DNA of 64,000 nucleotides, from the IMG/VR virus record IMGVR_UViG_3300037067_016777, positions 205,106 through 269,105 of that record. One strand, given 5' to 3'. The DNA comes from a virus. Its lineage: Duplodnaviria; Caudoviricetes. The position numbers and the translations under genes were made by a program. The stretch's first letter is position 1. Each line of letters begins with the position of its first letter. Under the pieces are notes generated by a model that was not told where the DNA came from, did no database searches, and saw nothing but the letters and a program-made list of their open reading frames with translations. Positions 24,625 through 35,641 of this stretch are shown one piece after another.

Positions 24625-27600
24625 TGGATGACATAAACAGTTATTTTTTGAATCTTGCATTCAATATCCATACTACGCAGGCTGTTGCTGGTTTGGGTGG
24701 TGTTTTGGACGCTATTACAAACATCCAGAAGAATTTGCAAGATGTCAGTACGATCTTGTCCGATAAAGTCGTTAAATCTTTAGCGACTGTACAGAAACAA
24801 TTTGATAAAATAGCGCTTTCAAATGAAAAGATTGCTAAGTCGACTACGAAGCTTAGTGCTGACTTTAAGATAGCTAGCAAGACCATAACATCAACATTAC
24901 AAAATTACCGAGACATAACCGAAGAACTAGAGAAACATGTTGAATCTAATGAGCTGTCAGCCGACGCTATAGACAGGCAGACTGCTAGTTGTGATGAGTT
25001 TACGAAGGGTATATCTCAAAATGTCAGTATTGGGCAGCAAATTGCTGCTATATGGGGTAATGTTAGCGATGCAACCAAGAAAACTACAGAAGAAGGTGGA
25101 AAACATATAGGAATTGGGCAACAAATTGCCGCTGTTTGGAGTAATATTAGTAATACAACGAAGAAAACCACAGAAGAAGGAGAAAAACATACAGGAATTG
25201 CAAATTCTATTGCTGCCGCTTGGACTAAAGTGAGGAATGGAGTTGTAGATGTTGTCTTAAATTTTGCTTCTATGATGGTTGGCATTCAGGCAATTAAACA
25301 AACATTTACTAGTTTTGTCGATGAAGAGAACAAATTCAATACTGCCAATTATCGTTTATATGGTACACAAAAACAAATATTATCACTAGTCAACCAAACG
25401 ACATCTAAGTTTAAGCTGATGGGCAAAGACGTTATGCCGGCATTTGTTGAGCTTGCTGGTACTATTCGCACTACTACAGATGAACTGGTACGAATGGCTT
25501 TTGTAAATTCCAGTAATATACATCAACTAGGAGTTTCGCAGAAAGAACTAGCGAATTGGCAACGATCTATGAAGAGTAGCGGCTGGTCTTTAGATGAGAG
25601 GACGATAGCTCTGAACAAAACCACTGAAGCAATGCAAAAATTTGGTTTCAGTGCTCAACAAGTTTCTGGCATATTGGGTCGACAAGCTAATAGTTCAATA
25701 AGATATAATATGATGTGGGGAAGCGCAAAGAAAGCTGTGCACGAATTTGAAAACACATTACAAGGAATGGCTAGTTTTACAAATGAACCTATTGCCGCCG
25801 TCGATCAAATGGGCGCTGATATAACAAAAGCTTTGTTGTCTACTGAGAAGGTTTTTTATCTAACTAGTCGCGGCATGTCTAAAGTCACCAATAGTATGGC
25901 AAAAGAAGCGATTGCTGCTGGCGGGACTGCGCAATTACAGTTATTACAAACGAAAGCTGGTATGTCTGAGTTAGTGTCGGAGGCAGTTAAAGATAAAAAA
26001 CGAATGGGTGGGGTGCTATCGACGGCTCAGGCAGATATTTGGGCTGATACGATTGGTGTTAGCACAGACACATTAGATATTTGGATGCGTCAAACAGAAA
26101 TGATTGATAAATATAACGCTACCATAAAAGACGCAAGTAAGAATTTGAATTTATTTCTTAGCACAGATGCAGAATTATCCAAATTTTTTAAGGCACAAGA
26201 TAAGGAAATAACTAAGGATATGAGCGCAATAGAGGAATTGAATTATCATTATGGGCGAGCTACTGCGACGATATCGTCCGCATTTGATACGATGTGGTCT
26301 GAACTTACAAGTGCACGCAAGGAATTCATGATTGCGATAGCGCCGGCAATTGTATGGCTTATAAAGGAAGTTCTTACGCCGATAGTCAATTATGTTGCGA
26401 AGATAATACGGTATGCCACTGCAGTAATAAAAGTATTTACACAAACATCAGATGCTATAAAAGAGCTTAACAAATCGGCAGAACCTACAGTTGGGTGGCT
26501 CAATTCATTTGGAAGTGCGATATCAGCAATATGGGCGCGTTTAAGTAAAGCTGCAAAGGCAGTTGCAGTACTTGCAGTTGGATTTGGTGCTCTATTTGCG
26601 GTTTTTATTGGATCGGCAGTTGCTCTAGGTATGTGGTATGCATTTATGAGAATAACTAGGGTATCTGCGTTGTTATCAATAGCCGCAGCTGCACTAGCTG
26701 TTGGGTACAGCATATATAAAATAGCAGAAGCAATGAGAATGATGGCGACACCAGACATACTATATGGAGTTGCCGCGCTTGCAATAATGCTTGGTATGTT
26801 TGGAGTGGCAGTTTTTGCTATGACTGCTTTGGCACCAGAGATTTGGTTGACTATTGCCGCTTTAGCTGCATTATCTATTGTTGCATATATAGTTTCTAAG
26901 GCGGCTTTGGGTATGTCGAAGGCATTTGACAGTGTTGTAGATAATGTCATTAGACTAACAGATAAAGTTTCAGCATCTGAACTTATAACAATTGGTGGCG
27001 CGTTAGTAGTATTTGGTGCTGAATTGACAGCCGCTGCGATAGCTATAGGCATTGGTGGCGCTGCGATGGCGATATCTGCAATTGCTCTTGGTCTAGGTAT
27101 GGGCGGTCTTAGCGTTGCGATGTTTCTTCTCAGCGACAACGCTATATCTAAGATGAAGATACTCGGAGATGGAAAACTAGAAAGTTTTGGACGCGGTTTA
27201 GGTGTTTTAGCGTCTGGGGTTTCAGATTTTACTAGTGCTATGGGTTGGTGCATTGAGTTTCCTAAAGGTATGAAAGCATTGAATAGTGGTTTGTTATCTC
27301 TATCTCAAATTGACTCAGTAACGATATCGTCTATAAAGTCTATAATATCAATATTTGACAATTTACAATCTTCGCTTAGTGATATTGCCAATGCAATATA
27401 TGAAGGTGGATATAAAATGATGCTAGGGTCGATATTGTTTCGATCGTCTATCGCAAACATAGCCGCTACTCTTAACGGTCTAAGTGCTGCTGCTGCAATG
27501 TCTGATAAGCTGATTCCAAGCATCAAGGGCTTGACTGACAATATGAGTCAATTACAATCAACCGATATTATAGGTGCATTTAGTAACCTTTTATTATCTA

Positions 27601-28016
27601 TACCTACTATCAATAGCGTTACCAATCAATTGTCGGACGCTATTCAAGTTGGTCAAGAAAAAATTAAACATCAAATAGATGAGCTGAAGGCTTCATTTGT
27701 TGCTTTGCAATCGATGGCTGAAAGACTCGATGTGCCAATAGGTGCTGCTGAGACAACAACTAAAAAGAAAGTAGTAGCTGAAACTGTTTCTACTATACAA
27801 GTCAAGACTGAAACTAGTGGAGGGGTATCTGCTCGCTGGCAGCAACAAGAAATGCAAATGAGACAGATAGAATTGATGCAAATCATAGCTGATATTATCG
27901 GTGCATTTGGGAACGACAGAAATATTGGCACGATCAGGGGTCTACTAGAAGAACATTTACCCAAGCTGGGCGAACAACCATCAAAACTTGGTACCAGAAT
28001 GAACAACTGGTCGTGA
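24624..28016 (+). CDS. Tape measure protein
   Basis: 1130 aa, helical and Ala-rich with a long hydrophobic central region; directly precedes the baseplate genes. Confidence 0.75.
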   Translation: MDDINSYFLNLAFNIHTTQAVAGLGGVLDAITNIQKNLQDVSTILSDKVVKSLATVQKQFDKIALSNEKIAKSTTKLSADFKIASKTITSTLQNYRDITEELEKHVESNELSADAIDRQTASCDEFTKGISQNVSIGQQIAAIWGNVSDATKKTTEEGGKHIGIGQQIAAVWSNISNTTKKTTEEGEKHTGIANSIAAAWTKVRNGVVDVVLNFASMMVGIQAIKQTFTSFVDEENKFNTANYRLYGTQKQILSLVNQTTSKFKLMGKDVMPAFVELAGTIRTTTDELVRMAFVNSSNIHQLGVSQKELANWQRSMKSSGWSLDERTIALNKTTEAMQKFGFSAQQVSGILGRQANSSIRYNMMWGSAKKAVHEFENTLQGMASFTNEPIAAVDQMGADITKALLSTEKVFYLTSRGMSKVTNSMAKEAIAAGGTAQLQLLQTKAGMSELVSEAVKDKKRMGGVLSTAQADIWADTIGVSTDTLDIWMRQTEMIDKYNATIKDASKNLNLFLSTDAELSKFFKAQDKEITKDMSAIEELNYHYGRATATISSAFDTMWSELTSARKEFMIAIAPAIVWLIKEVLTPIVNYVAKIIRYATAVIKVFTQTSDAIKELNKSAEPTVGWLNSFGSAISAIWARLSKAAKAVAVLAVGFGALFAVFIGSAVALGMWYAFMRITRVSALLSIAAAALAVGYSIYKIAEAMRMMATPDILYGVAALAIMLGMFGVAVFAMTALAPEIWLTIAALAALSIVAYIVSKAALGMSKAFDSVVDNVIRLTDKVSASELITIGGALVVFGAELTAAAIAIGIGGAAMAISAIALGLGMGGLSVAMFLLSDNAISKMKILGDGKLESFGRGLGVLASGVSDFTSAMGWCIEFPKGMKALNSGLLSLSQIDSVTISSIKSIISIFDNLQSSLSDIANAIYEGGYKMMLGSILFRSSIANIAATLNGLSAAAAMSDKLIPSIKGLTDNMSQLQSTDIIGAFSNLLLSIPTINSVTNQLSDAIQVGQEKIKHQIDELKASFVALQSMAERLDVPIGAAETTTKKKVVAETVSTIQVKTETSGGVSARWQQQEMQMRQIELMQIIADIIGAFGNDRNIGTIRGLLEEHLPKLGEQPSKLGTRMNNWS
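25029..25223 (+). repeat. 84-nt (28-aa) tandem repeat within the tape measure gene, about 2.3 copies
   Basis: IGQQIAAIWGNVSDATKKTTEEGGKHIG / IGQQIAAVWSNISNTTKKTTEEGEKHTG / IANSIAAAW starting at 25029, 25113 and 25197. Confidence 0.9.
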
Positions 28017-28017
28017 T

Positions 28018-28665
28018 ATGTCAGCCAATTTATTGCCAATTGATGCGAAATTAGCGGAGCTTGTTATATTCACTATTGGCGTTGAGAATGAATATATTAA
28101 CAGCTCAAATGCGATAAAATTTCAATTCCCGCCCAAAATATTCAGTGACAATCGCTCAGGAACATGGCAAGAAACACAAGTACCTGGCGATCAGCCAACA
28201 CAAATAATTGTAACATCGGGTGCTAGGAAATTTGCATTAGAGTGGACATATGTTATTGGTATGGCGGGATGGACAGTTGATGATGTTAAGCATCAAGTTC
28301 TTATGCTGCGTAATTACTACACAACTAGATATAATACTTCTACTCACTATATTGTTATGTTCAAGATGTGGAAACTTGGCGGATCTGAACCTATGTCTTG
28401 CAGGTTGTCAGATATCGATATTTCTTACGGTAAAGCTATATATGTGCCGAGTACTACGACTAGTGAAAATAGTACACCTGATTATGAAGAAGCTTTTCCA
28501 GTTGTTACGAACATAAAAGTCGGTATGCAGCTCTGGACACGAGGAAACGCAATATCATCTAAAACAAATGAAAAAACTGGTGTAGTAACAGCTGCACCAG
28601 TTGTACCAACAGATAAGATTAATCTTGAAGGTTTAAAATCAGCAGTCCCGATAGATTGGCAATGA
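28018..28665 (+). CDS. Tube-initiator / baseplate tube-like protein
   Basis: FQFPP...W.E..VPG......SGARKF.LE pattern; lies between the tape measure and gp53-like genes. Confidence 0.5.
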   Translation: MSANLLPIDAKLAELVIFTIGVENEYINSSNAIKFQFPPKIFSDNRSGTWQETQVPGDQPTQIIVTSGARKFALEWTYVIGMAGWTVDDVKHQVLMLRNYYTTRYNTSTHYIVMFKMWKLGGSEPMSCRLSDIDISYGKAIYVPSTTTSENSTPDYEEAFPVVTNIKVGMQLWTRGNAISSKTNEKTGVVTAAPVVPTDKINLEGLKSAVPIDWQ

Positions 28666-28672
28666 GGTGATT

Positions 28673-28972
28673 ATGAGCTCATATATATATTCGAGGTTTG
28701 ATACAACTGATCAAGTGTTATATGACGGACATGAGACATATGGTAGATGGAATAGTCCGATTACTGAACAACTTTTGAATAGTCTTAGCTCATATGTCGT
28801 TACTCAGTACGCTGGTAGGCCAGATCTGATAGCATATCAATTATATGGTAATTCATCATTTGATTGGCTGTTAATAGCTGTAAATAATGCTACAGAAGCA
28901 CTAAATTGGCCAAGAGCCGGTACTACAATTCTTGTTCCGTCAGCATCATTAATCTCAAGTGAATTAATATGA
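28673..28972 (+). CDS. Baseplate wedge LysM-like protein (T4 gp53 / P2 gpX-like)
   Basis: GRPDLIAYQLYG....WLL...NN......P.AG..I.VP. Confidence 0.75.
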   Translation: MSSYIYSRFDTTDQVLYDGHETYGRWNSPITEQLLNSLSSYVVTQYAGRPDLIAYQLYGNSSFDWLLIAVNNATEALNWPRAGTTILVPSASLISSELI

Positions 28973-31125
28973 GTGATAATGCTACTATCAGCTTAGATCG
29001 CCTTTTGTCTAATCGCGAGCGTCCACTTAATCAGCGGTTTCCTGGGACGTATCGTGCTATTGTTGTAGAAACAAATGATCCGTTGAATATGCATAGGATT
29101 AGGTTTAAATGCCCAGAAATGCATGATTGGGATCTTAAGCCAGAAGAATGTCCGTGGGCTGTATCACAATTCGCGCTTGGTGGTAAAAATACTGGCTCGT
29201 GGGTGTCGCCATGCATTGGCGATTGGGTGTGGATAACCTTAGAAAAGCAGCACCCGTATGGTCCTATATGGACTGGCTTTTGTACTCCAACTAGAAGAGC
29301 ATTTTATCCGTATCCCGCGATTTATAGCATAACGCCGTTACCAGTAGATCAAGAAGGTAATAAAAAGAAGTCGGTACCAAACGATTATAATAGTGACTAT
29401 CTACCAAAAGACTCTAGGCCGATGAGTAGTGGTTTGGTAGATCGATATGGTAGTATGGATATAGTTAGTTCTGTTGGATTTTTCCCTGCAGAACATAAAG
29501 CAAAACCACCAGGTGCCGATAATGATCCTTTGCAATCACAGATAACTATTAATGCTGATGGGGAAGCTACACCTTATAAGCAGACATCTTTACCGCCAGA
29601 AATGAATAAACCGGACGGTAAATTCATGGTTAGGCTTAGTAAGTATGGTCATTTATTGTTGATGGGAGATCAAGGTTATCATTGGCAGACGTCTGACACA
29701 ACAACTACTGATAACGCTACAGGTAAAAGCACTACAACACAGTCAGAAGTAGGTGAATTCTATGGCGATGTCGACAAAGACAGTGAGTGGGAAATAGCAC
29801 GTTGGAAATATCTACAAAAGCTTATAAATGAAGATTCTGCTAGTGGCGCTGATCAGCGTAGGATGATGTCCTTGACTAGATATGGCCATAAAATGGAGAT
29901 GCGTGATGTTGGATGGAATAAGACGCGTGATGGTGAGTACGGAGAACCGCGTGTAATATCTGATAGTACAAATGATGAGCGATGGATAAAGCATCGTACT
30001 AAAGGTGGTATGTTATTTCAAATGTCAGACATAGGATTCGATCCTGTTGATGACACTTTTGTTAAACGGAAACTGATAGACGAGGTTGGGACTAAGACTG
30101 AACAAGAGGACCAATATTGGAAAGGCGATGCACGATGGATGCGTGCAGTTACTCGGTACGGGATTAAACTCGTCTTAGACGATCGCGGATCTTCTACAAC
30201 AAAAGCTGATACTGAAGAAAATCCTCGTGGCTATGGAATATTATTAAAGGGCCGTCGTACACCTGGCGCTCAAGGCACTGAGGTTTCGGGTAATCCAAAG
30301 GGTTTCTTTTGGGAATTTAATGAAAAGGATCAAATCAACCAAAGCACTTGGGGTAGCCCGTTAGGGACGACAGTCCAGATCAACGACAAGCTCCAATATT
30401 TTATGGTTGGAGCAAGACGATCATATCCAATGCCATGGCAAGGCATTAAAGCAAATGAATTCCTTGAGGATCCATTAGTTTCTGAAGATACTGAATTTAA
30501 TTCGCACCATCTTAAACTTGATCTCCATAACGAATATATTAGGTTAAAAACCGCTGGTGGACATGGTCCAGCACCGTGGGGAAACATAGTTAATCCTAGA
30601 GCGAAAGTTGGTATTCAACAGGGTTTAGAATGTAGAGATGGTAGCCTTGGAGAAGATCCGTGGACTGAATTAGTCGATATTGATGACCGTGGTTTGTGGT
30701 TTTCTGGCAAGGACGGATTAACAGTGTGCCGAGCTAAACAACAGCCGAATGCTGTTAAAATTTGTTGGTGGTTCGATGAGACAAAAAAGGAAATAGTTAT
30801 AAAGAATTCTGAATCAGGAAAGATTCAGATAGTTTGTGGTGGTGATGTTGAGGTTATTGCACAGCAAGATGCGAAAGTTTATGCTAAACGCAATATTTCA
30901 ATGCGTAGTAATAATAAGATAACACTAATGGGTGGTAGTGGTCTGCTTGAGATAGATTCTAGTTTTATTAAAATCAATAAGGTATTACGATGGAAGGGAT
31001 ATCAATCATACATTCCAATACAACCACCAGATATTCCTGTTGTTGCAACCACACCACAATTGAGACCAACTAATCGTGGTACTAGGTACAACACAGATCT
31101 AGAACACAACAAAGATATTATATGA
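28969..31125 (+). CDS. Baseplate central spike (T4 gp5 / VgrG-like, N-terminal OB-fold)
   Basis: GTYRAIVV..NDPL...RIR..CP...PWA......P.IGD.VWI..E...P..PIW.G. Confidence 0.8.
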   Translation: MSDNATISLDRLLSNRERPLNQRFPGTYRAIVVETNDPLNMHRIRFKCPEMHDWDLKPEECPWAVSQFALGGKNTGSWVSPCIGDWVWITLEKQHPYGPIWTGFCTPTRRAFYPYPAIYSITPLPVDQEGNKKKSVPNDYNSDYLPKDSRPMSSGLVDRYGSMDIVSSVGFFPAEHKAKPPGADNDPLQSQITINADGEATPYKQTSLPPEMNKPDGKFMVRLSKYGHLLLMGDQGYHWQTSDTTTTDNATGKSTTTQSEVGEFYGDVDKDSEWEIARWKYLQKLINEDSASGADQRRMMSLTRYGHKMEMRDVGWNKTRDGEYGEPRVISDSTNDERWIKHRTKGGMLFQMSDIGFDPVDDTFVKRKLIDEVGTKTEQEDQYWKGDARWMRAVTRYGIKLVLDDRGSSTTKADTEENPRGYGILLKGRRTPGAQGTEVSGNPKGFFWEFNEKDQINQSTWGSPLGTTVQINDKLQYFMVGARRSYPMPWQGIKANEFLEDPLVSEDTEFNSHHLKLDLHNEYIRLKTAGGHGPAPWGNIVNPRAKVGIQQGLECRDGSLGEDPWTELVDIDDRGLWFSGKDGLTVCRAKQQPNAVKICWWFDETKKEIVIKNSESGKIQIVCGGDVEVIAQQDAKVYAKRNISMRSNNKITLMGGSGLLEIDSSFIKINKVLRWKGYQSYIPIQPPDIPVVATTPQLRPTNRGTRYNTDLEHNKDII

Positions 31126-31829
31126 TTATAAGTTACCCAACAGCATTGTATTTATCAGTAGTCCCGCAAGTAGCGTCGGACGAAGGGAATGTGACATATA
31201 CAATCAGTATGACAACTCCTCCGAACTCTGTCTTGACAGAGGTACAACTACCAGCGGCCATAGAGCGGCGACAGCGAGCGGCAATAGATACAACTAATCC
31301 AGAGGGGCAGAGAATCTATACAAATACTCTCTCTAGTGCGTCTATTATTGGATCTGATAAAAAACAATTCGAAGTTGGTCAGATATTAGAATTTGATACT
31401 GCTAGTGAATCGACATTGCAACCTATGCTGGTTTCAAACGCATTAGAAGTCAGGCATGATACCAACATTTTAGATTTGTCTTCTCTTGGTATCTCTGAAG
31501 CTGACATTACGGCTATTTACGCCTCTGCAGATACTCAGTTTACTACTCTTAATGCACAATTAAGCGTTATTAGACAAGCTCGCATTGATACTGAAACGGA
31601 TATTGCCGAAAACCAAAAGAATCAGAATGAAACGAAAAAGGCTATTGCTGCGTTAGTGCAACTAGTACAATCCGACCCATCTCTGCAATCAGTGCTTGAT
31701 TCATTACAAATTAAGTTAGTTGAACTTACTATTCAAGCAGACGCACTTGTTGCGATGGCGAATGAGCAAGCCAGTGCTGCCACTAATATAGAAAACAAGA
31801 TTTTGGCTGTAGCACAGATGGTGAGATAA
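31122..31829 (+). CDS. Hypothetical protein with a C-terminal coiled coil
   Basis: ATGA overlap; lies within the baseplate operon. Confidence 0.6.
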   Translation: MIISYPTALYLSVVPQVASDEGNVTYTISMTTPPNSVLTEVQLPAAIERRQRAAIDTTNPEGQRIYTNTLSSASIIGSDKKQFEVGQILEFDTASESTLQPMLVSNALEVRHDTNILDLSSLGISEADITAIYASADTQFTTLNAQLSVIRQARIDTETDIAENQKNQNETKKAIAALVQLVQSDPSLQSVLDSLQIKLVELTIQADALVAMANEQASAATNIENKILAVAQMVR

Positions 31830-31830
31830 T

Positions 31831-32271
31831 ATGAGCAAAGCAATATATTATGGGTTCAATCCGCCGTTCAAATCGGCTGTGCAGAGTTCTATCAATACGA
31901 CCTCGAACACTAACCTAAATCGATATTGTGGCATATTGCCACGTCAATCTGATTTACGACTTGTCAAGAACGATGTATTGCAGTTATTGCTTACATTGCC
32001 TGGAGAACGTGTACAAAGACCTACATTTGGAACATCTTTGCGATCAACAGTATTCGAGCCTATGACAGATAGAGTTATATCAGACTTGCGATCTAATATA
32101 CTTTCAGCACTCAGTGCTAATGAGCCAAGATTAATTAATGTTGACGTTCAACTAAAGACGATACCAGCAGACTTACAACTAAATGTTACTGTGATGGGAA
32201 ATATGAGTTATGATCCAACTGAGGAATTCTTATTGAACACGTCAATACCAGCGCCAGGAGTTGCGATATGA
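31831..32271 (+). CDS. gp25: Baseplate wedge / sheath initiator (T4 gp25-like)
   Basis: LLLTLPGERVQRPTFGTSLRSTVFEP...EPRL. Confidence 0.9.
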   Translation: MSKAIYYGFNPPFKSAVQSSINTTSNTNLNRYCGILPRQSDLRLVKNDVLQLLLTLPGERVQRPTFGTSLRSTVFEPMTDRVISDLRSNILSALSANEPRLINVDVQLKTIPADLQLNVTVMGNMSYDPTEEFLLNTSIPAPGVAI

Positions 32272-33887
32272 GTGAAGAATTAGAAAATACAGCTTTTAAG
32301 CTGCCGCTGTCGCCAGATGAATTCGATGTCATGCTGCCTCCGGCTAAGCTTAGACGTATTGATTTTAGTGCACTTGATTTCGATACATCAAGGCGTGCGA
32401 TTATTGAGTATATTAGGACATATTACCCTGATGATTTTAATGACTGGGTTGCGCATAGTGGTATAATGATGCTAATAGAGACTCAGGCTAATAACGTAGC
32501 TAAATTGAGTCTTAGATCTGATTTATTATCTAATGAGTCGTTTCTACCAACATGTCAGACTGAAACAGCTCTCATAGAGCATTTAGCACTTATTAATCAA
32601 ACAGTGAAATCGCAGACGCCAGCTGTAGTTGATATAGAAGTATCTGTGCAGTCGGCTTTAACAATAAATATCGATATTGACGCAGGCACTAGATTTAATA
32701 TTACCGGCCCAGATGGAAAATCATTATACTATGAATTATTTCGCGCCCCTGGCGATTTTACTAGTAGCATTATTATACCAGCTGGTAAACGTGGTGTAAT
32801 AGGATATGGAATTGAGGGGAAATTTGCTGGGCCGATAACTTTATATAGCCCTGGCGGAGCAAATCAGAAATATACTATCACAGCAGAAAATATTTTAGAA
32901 GAACCAATTTCGGTAGATGTTTATACCGGCGATATGCCATCATCGTGGATCGTCACAACTAATCCATTAGAAACTTATACAGCAGATGTAGAAGTTGTGA
33001 ATGCTACGTTTTATGCCGATAGAGTTGATTTATTATTTGGCGATAATGTAAATGGTAAAGCACCACTCGCAGGTCAAGAAATTGTAGTAAATTATCGTAT
33101 TGGTGGTGGTGTTAGAGGCCGAATTGGGAGCTATACAATAAATGAATCGCGATCAGTGTCGTCGACTATGTTAAGCGCAACTGCACCAGTGCAAATTACT
33201 TTCAGAAATCTAGAATCTAGTTCTGGTGGTACAGACAGAGAAACTTTAGCACAAGCTAAAAAGAGAGCACCGCGAGATTTTGCAGTAAGGGCGTTTGCTT
33301 CAGATAGACCAGCAAGTATTACAACGAGTTCTGATTATGCTCAAGTTGTTAGCAGCTTCGCTAGCCCAGTATATGGATCTGTGGCAAAAGCTGTCGCAAC
33401 AATTCGCACCGACTTAAATGCTAATTTGGTAGAGTTATATATTCTAGCATATGGATCAGATGGACTAGTAACTCCAAGTTTAGGTTTAAAACAGGCTGTT
33501 AAGACATATGTTAGTCAATATAATGTATTAACAGATACCGTCAATGTTTTAGATGGTGCGATTAAATCAATTGCTATCAATATGACTGTTGTAGTTAATC
33601 GTAATGCCGATGCGTCAGTTGTTCGAACTAATGTGAACGCTGCATTAGATTCATTTTTCAATGTAGATAATAGAGAGTTGGGGCAGCCATTATATGTATC
33701 GGATGTTATAGACACGGTATCAAATGTTGATGGAGTATCTTACGTCGATTTATTTAATCCTGCAAATAACATTTTGCAGACGAACGAACTTGCTGATCCG
33801 AACAATACGACTGGTGTTGGAATAAACGAGATAATCGTAGAAGGAGAGCGAAGCGTGAAATTCTTCTACGAGAAATCGCGTGTTTAA
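32268..33887 (+). CDS. gp6: Baseplate wedge protein (T4 gp6 / baseplate J-like)
   Basis: DFSALDFD..R..II.Y....YP..FND, NESFL, FGDNVNGKAP, YRIGGG..G, GGTDRET...KKRAP. Confidence 0.85.
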   Translation: MSEELENTAFKLPLSPDEFDVMLPPAKLRRIDFSALDFDTSRRAIIEYIRTYYPDDFNDWVAHSGIMMLIETQANNVAKLSLRSDLLSNESFLPTCQTETALIEHLALINQTVKSQTPAVVDIEVSVQSALTINIDIDAGTRFNITGPDGKSLYYELFRAPGDFTSSIIIPAGKRGVIGYGIEGKFAGPITLYSPGGANQKYTITAENILEEPISVDVYTGDMPSSWIVTTNPLETYTADVEVVNATFYADRVDLLFGDNVNGKAPLAGQEIVVNYRIGGGVRGRIGSYTINESRSVSSTMLSATAPVQITFRNLESSSGGTDRETLAQAKKRAPRDFAVRAFASDRPASITTSSDYAQVVSSFASPVYGSVAKAVATIRTDLNANLVELYILAYGSDGLVTPSLGLKQAVKTYVSQYNVLTDTVNVLDGAIKSIAINMTVVVNRNADASVVRTNVNAALDSFFNVDNRELGQPLYVSDVIDTVSNVDGVSYVDLFNPANNILQTNELADPNNTTGVGINEIIVEGERSVKFFYEKSRV

Positions 33888-33901
33888 TAAAAAGAAACAA
33901 A

Positions 33902-34264
33902 ATGCATATACCAATTAGCCCTGTACAGGGCAAGCGCTGGGGTTCGACTCAAAGCATATTCTGTTTAAACGGCATAGACGTAAATAGATTATTACCGCTT
34001 GCACGCGGTTTTTGTTCAGAGCATTGCCACGCCTGTAAATTCTCTCGATTTTTTGTGCTTCGAGGGAAAATGAAAATTACTATTTTTAGAGATGATCTAC
34101 TAGATGAAATAGTGCTAAATCCTAATATGTGTACTGACGTTCCACCAGGAGTATGGCATAAATTTGAGGCTCTGGAAGACTCTGATGTCATTGAGATCTA
34201 TTGGGTAGTACTGGACGATAACGATATTGAAAGACGAACGACCGGTGGGATTAATACCAACTAA
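33902..34264 (+). CDS. Cupin-domain protein (mannose-6-phosphate isomerase-like fold)
   Basis: KRWG...CSEHCH..K...F.VL.G...VPPGVWHKFEALED...IEIY. Confidence 0.75.
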   Translation: MHIPISPVQGKRWGSTQSIFCLNGIDVNRLLPLARGFCSEHCHACKFSRFFVLRGKMKITIFRDDLLDEIVLNPNMCTDVPPGVWHKFEALEDSDVIEIYWVVLDDNDIERRTTGGINTN

Positions 34265-34637
34265 TTCATGCAGTGAGCAGATTTTAGACGATAAAGTTAT
34301 ACCGTTATGGTTGATCGTATTTGATCAAGATCCAACTAAAGCATATCTTTGCACCACTAAAAATAAAGTATTGGCTTCTGTTGAAGGAGCGATTCGTGGT
34401 ACATATGGCGATGAAGCAGATTTTCTAGCGCCACCAGTTATAAATCAAATAGATAAGACATGGGGACAATCATTTATTAGTTTGAAGTGTCCGCCTTCTC
34501 TTGATTTGTTTGTGCATAGATTAGAGATCGACAAACATAATCCGATAGGAAAGCTATTGTTGGAATGTTATGATGCACTGCCATATGATTCGCTACGCAC
34601 AAAAATAGCGAATCTATTTGTCGATTCAGCTAACTAG
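34227..34637 (+). CDS. Hypothetical protein
   Basis: ORF fills the gap; start uncertain. Confidence 0.5.
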   Translation: MKDERPVGLIPTNSCSEQILDDKVIPLWLIVFDQDPTKAYLCTTKNKVLASVEGAIRGTYGDEADFLAPPVINQIDKTWGQSFISLKCPPSLDLFVHRLEIDKHNPIGKLLLECYDALPYDSLRTKIANLFVDSAN

Positions 34638-34927
34638 GCAGATAATTCTTCACCCATTTTGCGTTTTAGATCACGAAGGACTTGTGCTAGTAGTGTCGCT
34701 TGATCGTATATATGACCGTGGGTGTAGATGAACGGTGTAGTTGGGTTTTCTATATCTAAAACTATGGCGACTGCTACTGGTACTTTCGCTTCTTCACAGG
34801 CTATGCGGAATTTAGTCATAAAAAAGTCAAATCGCTGTTCAAACTCTACCCGTGCATCTTTTTGTGGTGCTGCATCCAACATAGTTTCTTGGGGCTTTTT
34901 AATATTGGTTTTCTCTGTTTTTGCCAT
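34634..34927 (-). CDS. Hypothetical protein
   Basis: 97-aa ATG ORF, convergent with the previous gene. Confidence 0.55.
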   Translation of the reverse strand: MAKTEKTNIKKPQETMLDAAPQKDARVEFEQRFDFFMTKFRIACEEAKVPVAVAIVLDIENPTTPFIYTHGHIYDQATLLAQVLRDLKRKMGEELSA

Positions 34928-34966
34928 GAGTGTCTTCTTGTATTAGAGTGTGTTATGAGGTAACAA

Positions 34967-35641
34967 ATGACTCAAATACTAGAGACCCCGATGACTGCAT
35001 TGTGTACTTGGAAATGGTGTCAAGAAGCATTTGCGCAGCATGGGATAAAACTTACATTCCCAAAAAATACGAATCCACAGAAAACATACCAATGGCGCTA
35101 TGTTACAAGATTAGCACACAAGATAGACGAATGGGGCTTAGATAGATCGACAGCAAAGGCATTTATTAATTTCGCTGTTGGTTATGTTAAGGAAAAGAAA
35201 CTATTGCATAAAGGTATGTCAGTATTCTTTCAAAACAATATGATGGATGTGTGTTACGATCGTATGCGAAAGCATTCTACTACTGTTTGCAGTAAAATAG
35301 TACGGTTCCAAAAAGTACATGAATTTGTCACTGTAAAATATCATAACAAATCAAAGACTGCTATACTTCTCAATCGCGAATCATTTGATAAGATGCGCAA
35401 CATTGTTATATGGCATAGAACAGGCGATATTACTGAACAATATTTAGCATTATCTGCTGCGTGCACTGAAGCTTTATCAAAGCTAGCAATAGTCGCGCCA
35501 CACGAACGCATCTTACTACCGACAGAATCAGAGTTGTACTGTTTAGCTATCAATCTTACGAAAGATGGCGACTTCCGCTCAAAAGCAAAAGCAATATTAG
35601 GTAATGATTGGAGAATGACGCTGTGCCAACAACAACGATAG
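34967..35641 (+). CDS. Hypothetical protein
   Basis: SD GAGGT; 224 aa. Confidence 0.6.
   Translation: MTQILETPMTALCTWKWCQEAFAQHGIKLTFPKNTNPQKTYQWRYVTRLAHKIDEWGLDRSTAKAFINFAVGYVKEKKLLHKGMSVFFQNNMMDVCYDRMRKHSTTVCSKIVRFQKVHEFVTVKYHNKSKTAILLNRESFDKMRNIVIWHRTGDITEQYLALSAACTEALSKLAIVAPHERILLPTESELYCLAINLTKDGDFRSKAKAILGNDWRMTLCQQQR

Noticed and set aside
26390-27253. 287-aa antisense ORF within the tape measure gene
   Set aside because: Shadow of Ala/Ile/Gly-rich coding sequence.
7572-33887. Interpretation as a bacterial contractile injection system (eCIS/tailocin)
   Set aside because: Terminase, portal, capsid and replication genes in the same window show it is a complete phage.
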